Origin: an uncultured Gemmatimonadota bacterium
Lineage (GTDB): Bacteria; SM23-81
DNA length: 14,473 bases
Direction: 5' to 3'
NCBI GenBank assembly: GCA_964584035.1
Contig: CAZOYL010000062.1
Span: 1 to 14,473, forward strand
The notes beneath the pieces were generated by a model, which saw nothing but the letters and a program-made list of their open reading frames with translations, was not told the DNA's origin and made no database searches. A program made the position numbers and the translations under genes. Shown piece by piece: positions 1 through 6,685 of this stretch. How positions within the stretch are numbered: the stretch's first letter is position 1; each line of letters opens with the position of its first letter.

Positions 1-906
1 CCAGGCCAACAGTTTTTTGGAGTCATTCTGCAACATGGCAATAAAGGTCGGGATCACGATCGTGATGGCCCCCAGCCAGGCAAGAATATAATGAAACGTG
101 AACAGTCCCGAACCGACCCTGAGCATCCCGGCAGCACCGACGATGACGTAGAGAATCAGAAGAAAACCATAGATGCCCATGCGGGTGAGCATACCGGAAA
201 GAACGGCCGTAAATGGAGAAGGCGCCTCCGCATAAGCATCGGGCAACCAGGTGTGCAGCGGCATGACGGCATTCTTGATTCCAAAGGCAATGCTGAACAT
301 CATCAGCAGGAAGAAGAGGTGCCCAGGAGAAGCGGAGGCCACCAAGGTGGACAGTTCGGTGATATTCAAAGTCTGATACGTGACCGAGAGCGATAACATT
401 CCCATCAGCATGGCCATCGATCCAAGAATGGACATGACGATATATTTCATCCCGGCAGACAGGGCTGGTCCCCGTTCGGAACTGATCAACAGAAAGGTCG
501 ACCAGCTCATAATTTCCCAAAAGATGAAAAAGGAGACCAGATCGCCCGAGAAAACGATGCCCAGCATGGCGGCATTGGCCAATAAAAACATCAGGTAGTA
601 GAAATCGGTCCGCTCCCGGCCCCTCATATAGGCCAGAGAAAAGATGATCGAAAGAGCTCCGAAGCCGGAGACGGCAATGGCAAAGAACCAGGAGAGCATA
701 TTGATTCTCAGACTCAGCGGCAGGCCTAAAAAGCCGGAGTAATAAGATCCCTCCCCGGTCTGGCCATACAAACTGGCGATCATCGCCACCAGGGCCAGCG
801 AGATGAGGACGGCAAAACTCTCCCTCAGCCGAGTCGACATTTTGCCGAACAGATAAGTTAAGAATGAGCCGCCGAAAGCGACGGCCAGCACGAATTCCAG
901 GCTCAT
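1..906 (-). CDS. Second antiporter-like proton-conducting membrane subunit (MrpD/NuoM/NuoL family; MbxH'/MbsH'-like), 3' end outside window
   Basis: Not in the ORF track; translated by hand. ATG at 904-906 overlaps the TGA of the upstream gene (ATGA) and the frame is open to position 1 (302 aa): MSLEFVLAVAFGGSFLTYLFGK...FSGDLVSFFIFWEIMSWSTFLLI...GMKYIVMSILGS...FGIKNAVMPLHTWLPDAYAEAPSPFTAVLSGMLTRMGIYG...AMLQNDSKKLLAW. These are typical complex I/Mrp antiporter-like motifs. Confidence 0.93.
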   Translation of the reverse strand, partial: MSLEFVLAVAFGGSFLTYLFGKMSTRLRESFAVLISLALVAMIASLYGQTGEGSYYSGFLGLPLSLRINMLSWFFAIAVSGFGALSIIFSLAYMRGRERTDFYYLMFLLANAAMLGIVFSGDLVSFFIFWEIMSWSTFLLISSERGPALSAGMKYIVMSILGSMAMLMGMLSLSVTYQTLNITELSTLVASASPGHLFFLLMMFSIAFGIKNAVMPLHTWLPDAYAEAPSPFTAVLSGMLTRMGIYGFLLILYVIVGAAGMLRVGSGLFTFHYILAWLGAITIVIPTFIAMLQNDSKKLLAW

Positions 907-2372
907 CCGAGCACACTCCTGATGTAATCCATTCTATTGAGAAACTCAGAAGCCGCAGAGTTTAAAACATCGGTGATCAGTTGGGGATAGATCCCCATCA
1001 CGATGATCAGGGAGACAAAAAGAAACATGGGAATGAGACCGCTTGCGGGAGCCTCTTTTCTGTTCACATCCCCGGTTCCTTTCTTGAAATACAGCGTCTG
1101 CACGACACGAAAGAAATAGACCCCCTCGATGACCGTGCCCAACAGGACCAGCCCGATGAGTACGGTGAAGAGGACTGTCTCCTGGGCCAGGGCCCCTCGA
1201 ACAATCAGAAATTTACTGGGAAATCCGACAAAAGGGGGCAGGCCGACGATGGAGAAGACCCCGATGGTAAAAGCCAGGGAGGTCAGCGGCATTCGCTTCC
1301 CCATGCCCTCCAAAGAGGAAATTTCCAGCGAGCCGCTGCGATAGACCAGGTATCCGGCGGCCAAAAACAGAAGGCCCTTCCCCAGGGTATGGCTGATCAG
1401 CTGAAACAGGCCTCCGCTGACGGCCGAAGAGGTGGCCATGGCCATGGCAAACAGGACCAAGCCAATCTGGCCAATGCTGGAATAGGCCAGCATTCTCTTG
1501 ATGTTGGCCTGGCCGAAGGCACACAACTCCCCGATCAGAAGGGTCAAAACCCCCAGGAAGGCAAAGAACATGAGGATGCTGGAAAGACCGAAGACCGTGA
1601 AGATCACTCGCATCACGGCATAGAGGCCCACCTCGATGGCGATGCCGGAAAGAATCGCGCTGATCGACGAGGGCGCAGAGGAATGCGCATCGGGGAGCCA
1701 GGCATTCAGCGGAAAGATGGCCGCCTCGATACCCAGACCGGTGACCATCAAGGCCAAGGGAATGAAGATCGAAACCGGGCTGGCCGAGGTGATCTGCCCG
1801 GCCAGGTCGGCCATGTTGAGGGTGCCGAAGAGGCCATAGAGCAATCCGATACCAATCAGCAGAAGGCTTGATCCAATCGACCCCTGAATCAAATATTTCA
1901 CTGCCGATTCGACGCTGGCCCGATCTCCAAGATAGGCCACCAAGGCATAGGACGAAATACACAGAATCTCGAAGAAGACAAACAGGTTGAATATATCGCC
2001 GGTGAGCACGACCCCGGTGGCGCCGGTGAGGAGAAAAAGATACAGCAGGTGATATTTTTCTGTGGCCCCCTCCTGGATGTACCGCAGCGCATAGATGGCC
2101 ACCGAGAACCCGGCCAGGGCGATCAATGCGGAAAATAAAATCCCCACCGGACCGGCCACTAAATTGATGCAGAACGGCGGCGGAAAACCGCCGATATGAA
2201 CCACCAGGGGATGTTTCAGCACCTCCGGCAGCAGTCTCAAGGCAATGATAAGGTTGCACAGAAAGGCAGCGATCGGGATGTATTTCACCACTCTTTTCGA
2301 TATCAACCCGAACAGCGGCAGGGCGAAAGCCAGCCCCAAAGGGACAGCAATAAGAAGGACGGGGCCTACCAT
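903..2372 (-). CDS. mnhD: Antiporter-like membrane subunit, MrpD/MnhD family (MbxH/MbsH-like), 489 aa
   Basis: Highly hydrophobic. Motifs TGDIFNLFVFFEI, KYLIQGSIGS, FPLNAWLPDAHSSAPSSISAILSG, NIKRMLAYSSIGQIG, HTLGKGLLFLAAG, GLPPFVGFPSKF. Start overlaps the mnhC stop region. Confidence 0.93.
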   Translation of the reverse strand: MVGPVLLIAVPLGLAFALPLFGLISKRVVKYIPIAAFLCNLIIALRLLPEVLKHPLVVHIGGFPPPFCINLVAGPVGILFSALIALAGFSVAIYALRYIQEGATEKYHLLYLFLLTGATGVVLTGDIFNLFVFFEILCISSYALVAYLGDRASVESAVKYLIQGSIGSSLLLIGIGLLYGLFGTLNMADLAGQITSASPVSIFIPLALMVTGLGIEAAIFPLNAWLPDAHSSAPSSISAILSGIAIEVGLYAVMRVIFTVFGLSSILMFFAFLGVLTLLIGELCAFGQANIKRMLAYSSIGQIGLVLFAMAMATSSAVSGGLFQLISHTLGKGLLFLAAGYLVYRSGSLEISSLEGMGKRMPLTSLAFTIGVFSIVGLPPFVGFPSKFLIVRGALAQETVLFTVLIGLVLLGTVIEGVYFFRVVQTLYFKKGTGDVNRKEAPASGLIPMFLFVSLIIVMGIYPQLITDVLNSAASEFLNRMDYIRSVLG

Positions 2373-2725
2373 CTTTGCTCCCTTATCTTTCTCAGATCAA
2401 GGACTCCATAATGGTGATACAGCTTGATGGCTAAAGAGAGAGCCAAAGCCAGAACGGCCACTCCGATGACAATGGCGGTCAGCACCAGCGCCTGAGGAAC
2501 GGGATCGACCATGCGTTCTGCCTCCATTCCCGCTTTCGAAAATATGGGAGCCGTTCCTTTGCTGATATAACCGACCGAGATGAGAAAGAGATTGACGCCC
2601 GTCTCGAGGATGCTGAGGCCGATGATCACCTTCAGCAGGTTTCGTTTGACCAGCATGGTGAACAGTCCCATGAAGATCAGCCCAAAGGCACCGATATAAT
2701 AGACATAGCTCTGCAGGAAATTCAC
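2366..2725 (-). CDS. mnhC: MrpC/MnhC family (NuoK-like; MbxG-like) small membrane subunit, 119 aa
   Basis: Motifs KRNLLKVIIGLSILETGVNLFLI and DPVPQALVLTAIVIG. GTG start overlaps the upstream stop (GTGA, 2722-2725). Confidence 0.95.
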   Translation of the reverse strand: MNFLQSYVYYIGAFGLIFMGLFTMLVKRNLLKVIIGLSILETGVNLFLISVGYISKGTAPIFSKAGMEAERMVDPVPQALVLTAIVIGVAVLALALSLAIKLYHHYGVLDLRKIREQRW

Positions 2726-3408
2726 TCACTGTCCTCCAGCAAACGGTCGATAATCCCGCCCAACTCCGATCCCACCTTACAGCCGATGGCGATATAAATG
2801 ATCGGAATGAACCCTGCGCTGAAGAGCGTGTTAATCTCTCCCTTGGGCAGAAAGTTAAACAGAAAATAGTGCCCACCCAGGGTCAATCCGATCAGTCCGA
2901 CCACCAGAAAAACCAATCCGCTGAAGGATTCAACCACCTTGCTTCCCGTCCGGCTGATCCTTCTTCCCCGGCAGCCCATGTACACCAGAAGAAAGGCCGA
3001 GGCGACGATGGCCCCTCCTTGAAACCCCCCACCGGGGGTGAGATGCCCATGGATGAATATGTAGGCGCCGAAAAGGAGGATCAGGGGGAATAAAAACCGG
3101 CAGCCTGTGTATAAGACCAAACTGGCCGGCTCGACCGCTCCTTTTTTTTGTTTCCTCCGGGTGGCCAACACGGCACTCAACCCAATCACGGCCACAAAGA
3201 GCACGGTCACCTCGCCGAGGGTGTCGAAACCACGATAATTGACCACCACCGAGGTGACGATATTCGAAGCCCCGGTTTCCTCTCTTCCTCTTTCAATATA
3301 ATAATCGCCGATTCTTGTCTTCGACTCGCCGAAAGGAATCTTTTCAACCGACAGGGCGACGCCCCAGGCGATGATCAGGAGAAGGAGAAAACTGATGATG
3401 CTTCTCAT
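2722..3408 (-). CDS. mnhB: MrpB/MnhB-family subunit, long form (MbhE+MbhF-like fusion; MbsE-like), 228 aa
   Basis: Start moved from the ORF-track 3741 to ATG 3408 (MRSIISFLL...), which overlaps the upstream stop (ATGA). Contains NIVTSVVVNYRGFDTLGEVTVL (MbhE / MrpA C-terminal type motif) and HGHLTPGGGFQGG (MnhB motif). Confidence 0.92.
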   Translation of the reverse strand: MRSIISFLLLLIIAWGVALSVEKIPFGESKTRIGDYYIERGREETGASNIVTSVVVNYRGFDTLGEVTVLFVAVIGLSAVLATRRKQKKGAVEPASLVLYTGCRFLFPLILLFGAYIFIHGHLTPGGGFQGGAIVASAFLLVYMGCRGRRISRTGSKVVESFSGLVFLVVGLIGLTLGGHYFLFNFLPKGEINTLFSAGFIPIIYIAIGCKVGSELGGIIDRLLEDSE

Positions 3409-3644
3409 TCCTCGTACCTCTTGGTTCGTCTGATGGCGATAATAAAAATGGCGCTGACCAAAGCGGCCCCGATGGACGCCTCTGCCATAGCCACATCCGG
3501 AGCCTGAAGAAAATAGAACAGGATCGCCGCGATCAGGCTGACCATGCAGGAAGCGATCACCGCGTTGATCAAATCTTTGAAAAGCAACGCCGCGATGGCG
3601 GCAACCAGCATCAAAAATACCAGCAGACCGACAATCAGTATCAT
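3405..3644 (-). CDS. DUF4040 / MbhD(MbxD)-like small membrane subunit, 79 aa
   Basis: Three hydrophobic segments and the motif LQAPDVAMAEASIGAAL. ATGA overlaps at both ends. Confidence 0.9.
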   Translation of the reverse strand: MILIVGLLVFLMLVAAIAALLFKDLINAVIASCMVSLIAAILFYFLQAPDVAMAEASIGAALVSAIFIIAIRRTKRYEE

Positions 3645-3973
3645 GTCCGCTCCGCAAATTCCACAAAGTCTTCTGTTTTATCCACCACGCTTCTGTCGCA
3701 CAGAGGAACGCCACTCTTCCGTGAGGCTCTGGCGATCGCATGGCTCGAGATGGGGTTGGTGATCAGAACGAACATGGCAATCAGAAGCGCTTTCCAGAAC
3801 CAGGCCGGCTGCATGATACCCACCCCGAGAATAGCCAGAAACGCGCCCAAGGTGGAGCATTTGGTCCCTGCCTGAATCCGGTTATAGACATCCGGCAGTC
3901 TCAGGACGCCGAGATTCCCCAAAAAGAGAAACAGCACCCCAATTCCGGTCAGCACCACACCAAAAAACTGCAT
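3641..3973 (-). CDS. mnhG: MrpG/MnhG (PhaG) family subunit (MbxC-like), 110 aa
   Basis: Start moved to ATG 3973 (MQFFGVV...), 1 nt after the mnhF stop. Motifs LGVLRLPDVYNRIQAGTKCSTLG and ITNPISSHAIARA. Confidence 0.93.
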   Translation of the reverse strand: MQFFGVVLTGIGVLFLFLGNLGVLRLPDVYNRIQAGTKCSTLGAFLAILGVGIMQPAWFWKALLIAMFVLITNPISSHAIARASRKSGVPLCDRSVVDKTEDFVEFAERT

Positions 3974-3974
3974 A

Positions 3975-4235
3975 TTAGAATCCTTTTTCCAAATATCTGG
4001 CCAACGCCACCAGTCCGACAAATGCGAGCAGGGAATAGACCAGCGAAACATCCAGATACACGTACCTTCGAAAGACGAAACCGAGGAGAACGAGGAAGGC
4101 AACAACGGTGGTGGTCATGGTGTCCACGGCCACCGCACGATCCGATGAAGTGGGACCTTTTAACATGCGGACGAGGCTGAGGAAGATGCCCGCGGCTATG
4201 ACGGCCAAAAAAACGAAAGCGACGTTTTCATTCAT
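3975..4235 (-). CDS. mnhF: MrpF/MnhF (PhaF) family subunit (MbxB-like), 86 aa
   Basis: Motifs RMLKGPTSSDRAVAVD, YLDVSLVY and ALARYLE. ATGA overlap with the mnhE stop. Confidence 0.94.
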   Translation of the reverse strand: MNENVAFVFLAVIAAGIFLSLVRMLKGPTSSDRAVAVDTMTTTVVAFLVLLGFVFRRYVYLDVSLVYSLLAFVGLVALARYLEKGF

Positions 4236-4753
4236 GCAAATATCACCTTGAGATATTTTTCAAACCTCTCGCCGATGATCTTGGTGGCTTCCTCCGTCTC
4301 CTCTGACTGCACGTTGATCCAGTGGATCAGGAGCGTATCGCCTAAGATATCCAGCGTAAACGTCCCGGGCGTCAAGGTGATCGAATTGGCCAGAATCATC
4401 TTGGCAATATCCTGCCTCAAGGCTGTTTTGATCACCACGATTCCCGGCTTGATGGGCATCTTGGGGTGAATCACCCGGTAGGCCACATCGACATTGGCCC
4501 TGATGATCTCCTTGAAAAGGACCACGATGTAGATAAGAGAAAAGGCCATCCTCTTGATGCTGAGCGGAGGAAGGCCCAGTTCCTGATAGCTTCTATTCAA
4601 TACGATGGATAAGACCAAACTGACCAGAAGACCGGCGGACAGCTCCTGCCAGTGGAAGCTGGAGGTCAGGGCCAGCCAAATGATTAAAAGGATGAAGAAT
4701 AGGTAGAAGAAGTTTCTGACTCGATGAGTCTCTTGGTAGGCTGCCGATGTCAT
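4232..4753 (-). CDS. mnhE: MrpE/MnhE family subunit (MbxA-like), 173 aa; first gene of the membrane-complex operon
   Basis: Motifs IIRANVDVAYRVIHP, IKPGIV and LANSITLTPGTFTLD. SD-like AAGAGGA about 10 nt upstream of the ATG. Confidence 0.94.
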   Translation of the reverse strand: MTSAAYQETHRVRNFFYLFFILLIIWLALTSSFHWQELSAGLLVSLVLSIVLNRSYQELGLPPLSIKRMAFSLIYIVVLFKEIIRANVDVAYRVIHPKMPIKPGIVVIKTALRQDIAKMILANSITLTPGTFTLDILGDTLLIHWINVQSEETEEATKIIGERFEKYLKVIFA

Positions 4754-4887
4754 CGAGAGAGGTCCTCTTTTCAGAAGTGAAGCGTTTTTCCGCAGGGACT
4801 TTTAGGGTCTCGATTTTGCGGTGCTAATTACATACTGTTTCAATAGGTTATAAGAGAAAGAGGGCCGCTCTTTTTCGCAGGGTTTTA

Positions 4888-4916
4888 ATTATAAATGATC
4901 TCACTGAAAAAGTCAA
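4888..4916 (-). promoter_or_regulatory. Sigma70-type promoter for the mnh/mbx-like operon
   Basis: Minus strand reads TTGACT (4916-4911), exactly 17 nt, then TATAAT (4893-4888), in an AT-rich intergenic region just downstream of the terminator. Predicted TSS is about 4881, giving a leader of about 128 nt. Confidence 0.85.
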
Positions 4917-4943
4917 GCACACTTTTCAACAAATCCTTTCATC

Positions 4944-4973
4944 AAAAAAAAAGGAGAAAGCAATTCCTTCTCC
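4944..4973 (-). terminator. Rho-independent terminator closing the hydrogenase/hyp operon
   Basis: Minus strand GGAGAAGG-AATTG-CTTTCTCC (8-bp stem with one G-U pair) followed directly by 9 T, about 106 nt after the hypE stop. Confidence 0.85.
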
Positions 4974-5079
4974 ATTCCAGCATGACGATCCGTGATCACG
5001 ATCGGCTCACTGAGCAAACCTGTCGATCCGAAAATATCCTCCTCAGAAAGCACGGCTTCCCTATCGATCTCCGGCCGCC

Positions 5080-6192
5080 TCAACAAATCCGGGGTATCAG
5101 CTCCCCGGCCGGAAGGTCGATAATCCGGCTGCCGCCCGCTGAAGTCCGCATGACGGCCAATCCCGGATGTGACTCCACTACCCGGCCGATGAGACCGGCG
5201 TCGCGCCCCAGCGGGTCCCTCCTGAGGATGGTCAGGATCTCCTCGTGCCGTTCCCATTCCACGAACAGCACCATCTTCCCCTCGTTGGCCACATACATCG
5301 GATCCAGTCCCAGCATCTCGCAGACTCCCCTGACCTCACTGCGCAGCGGCAGGCGAACCTGATCCAGTTCGATGCCCGCCTGCCGATCGGCGGCAATCTC
5401 CGCCAGCACCGTTCCCAGACCTCCGCGGGTGGGATCGCGCAGACAATGTACCGAACCGGGCGACTCCAGAATGGCGAGGACCATCCCCTGCAGGGCGGCG
5501 CAATCACTTTTCAGCGAGCTCTTCAGATCGAACCCCTCCCGCTGGGAGAGAATGGCGATGCCGTGATCACCGATCGTGCCGCTCACCAGAATGGCATCCC
5601 CGATACGGATCTTTTCCGGGGCGACGTCCACGCCCGGGAGGACCGCTCCGATCCCGGCGGTATTGATGAACAACCCGTCCCCTTTGCCGCGTTCCACCAC
5701 CTTGGTATCGCCGCAGACGACCTCGACGCCGATCTCTACGGCCTCCCGGCCGGCCGAGGCCATGATGCGTTCCAGATCGGCGATCGGCAGCCCTTCCTCG
5801 ATGATCAGCGACAGGCTCAGATAGCCTGGCCGGGCGCCGGCGCACAGCAGATCGTTGACCGTCCCGGTGACGGATAGCTTGCCGATGTCACCGCCCGGGA
5901 AAAACAGCGGCCGGATGACGTGGGAGTCGGTGGTGAAGGCCCATCGTCCGGCCGGCAGATCGATCACGGCGCTGTCCTCCAGCCGATGAAGAACGGGATG
6001 GGGAAAATGCTTCAGGACCAGATCGGCGATCAGCTGCCGGCTCATCCGTCCGCCGGCGCCATGGGCCATGACGATCCTCTCATCCTGAGAATCATGGCGG
6101 GCGGCAGCGCGGTCATGCCCTCCGGGATCATCAGCCCCGCCGTGGGGTCCGTCATCGTTGGAAAGTTTTTCAAAAAGATCCATGTCGCTCAC
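5080..6192 (-). CDS. hypE: Hydrogenase maturation protein HypE (carbamoyl dehydratase)
   Basis: MAHGAGG, LEDSAV, FTTDSHVIRPLFFPGGDIGKLSVTGTVNDL, GDTKVV, RDPTRGG, VANEGK and the C-terminal PRIC. GTG start overlaps the hypA stop; ATG 6183 is an alternative start. Confidence 0.97.
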   Translation of the reverse strand: MSDMDLFEKLSNDDGPHGGADDPGGHDRAAARHDSQDERIVMAHGAGGRMSRQLIADLVLKHFPHPVLHRLEDSAVIDLPAGRWAFTTDSHVIRPLFFPGGDIGKLSVTGTVNDLLCAGARPGYLSLSLIIEEGLPIADLERIMASAGREAVEIGVEVVCGDTKVVERGKGDGLFINTAGIGAVLPGVDVAPEKIRIGDAILVSGTIGDHGIAILSQREGFDLKSSLKSDCAALQGMVLAILESPGSVHCLRDPTRGGLGTVLAEIAADRQAGIELDQVRLPLRSEVRGVCEMLGLDPMYVANEGKMVLFVEWERHEEILTILRRDPLGRDAGLIGRVVESHPGLAVMRTSAGGSRIIDLPAGELIPRIC

Positions 6193-6635
6193 CCGTGGTT
6201 GTTCGTTCCCGCGCGTCCTTTCGGGTCCGTTTCGCCGCCGCCTTTTCTTTCCTGATCATCGTCTTTTATCAATGTGATCCTTTTGATCAGACACTCTCTG
6301 CCCTCTCGAATTTCCATCCCGGTCCGCCCGCATTGCGGGCAGATCAGACTGGGTGTCAGAAAGTGCGCCTCCGGTCCCGGTATCGACGGAGGCCCCTCAA
6401 AACCGCATCCGCGACAATGTACCCGGGCGGATCGGATATCGATATCCAGCCTGGCTCCTCGCGTCAGCGGCCTCCGGGAGAAAGCCTCCTCCACCCAAAA
6501 CCCGACCTGTTCCCCGTTGAGCAGAGTCAGCTCTCCGATGACGAGCGTCACTCTCTCCACCTGCCTGGCATCCTGCTCCCTGGCGGTTTTCAGTACAACC
6601 TCGACGATCTGCTGGGCTATGGAGAATTCGTGCAC
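6189..6635 (-). CDS. hypA: Hydrogenase nickel metallochaperone HypA, 148 aa
   Basis: A GTG start at 6635 gives the required N-terminal Ni site M-H-E (MHEFSIAQ). Zn site CRGC...CPQC and GRE motif are present. The ORF-track start at 6689 would bury the MHE motif. Confidence 0.95.
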   Translation of the reverse strand: MHEFSIAQQIVEVVLKTAREQDARQVERVTLVIGELTLLNGEQVGFWVEEAFSRRPLTRGARLDIDIRSARVHCRGCGFEGPPSIPGPEAHFLTPSLICPQCGRTGMEIREGRECLIKRITLIKDDDQERKGGGETDPKGRAGTNNHG

Positions 6636-6685
6636 GTTCACCCCACCGGAATTCAGGATTGAGCATGCCGGTCTGACCCGCCGCT

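Noticed and set aside
23..916. 297-aa minus-strand ORF from the track
   Set aside because: No recognisable motifs; it is an alternative frame over the real antiporter-like gene that starts at 906.
4924..4946. Direct repeat TTTGATGAAA / TTTGTTGAAA resembling Rex half-sites
   Set aside because: Not arranged as the Rex palindrome (TTGTGAA-N4-TTCACAA), and one copy overlaps the terminator U-tract.
4897..5069. Cluster of GATC sites near the promoter (Dam-type regulation)
   Set aside because: GATC is frequent throughout the window, so local enrichment is not convincing without statistics.
4895..5362. 155-aa plus-strand ORF and 114-aa minus-strand ORF (4913-5257) spanning the intergenic region
   Set aside because: They overlap hypE, the terminator and the promoter, and have no coding-like features.
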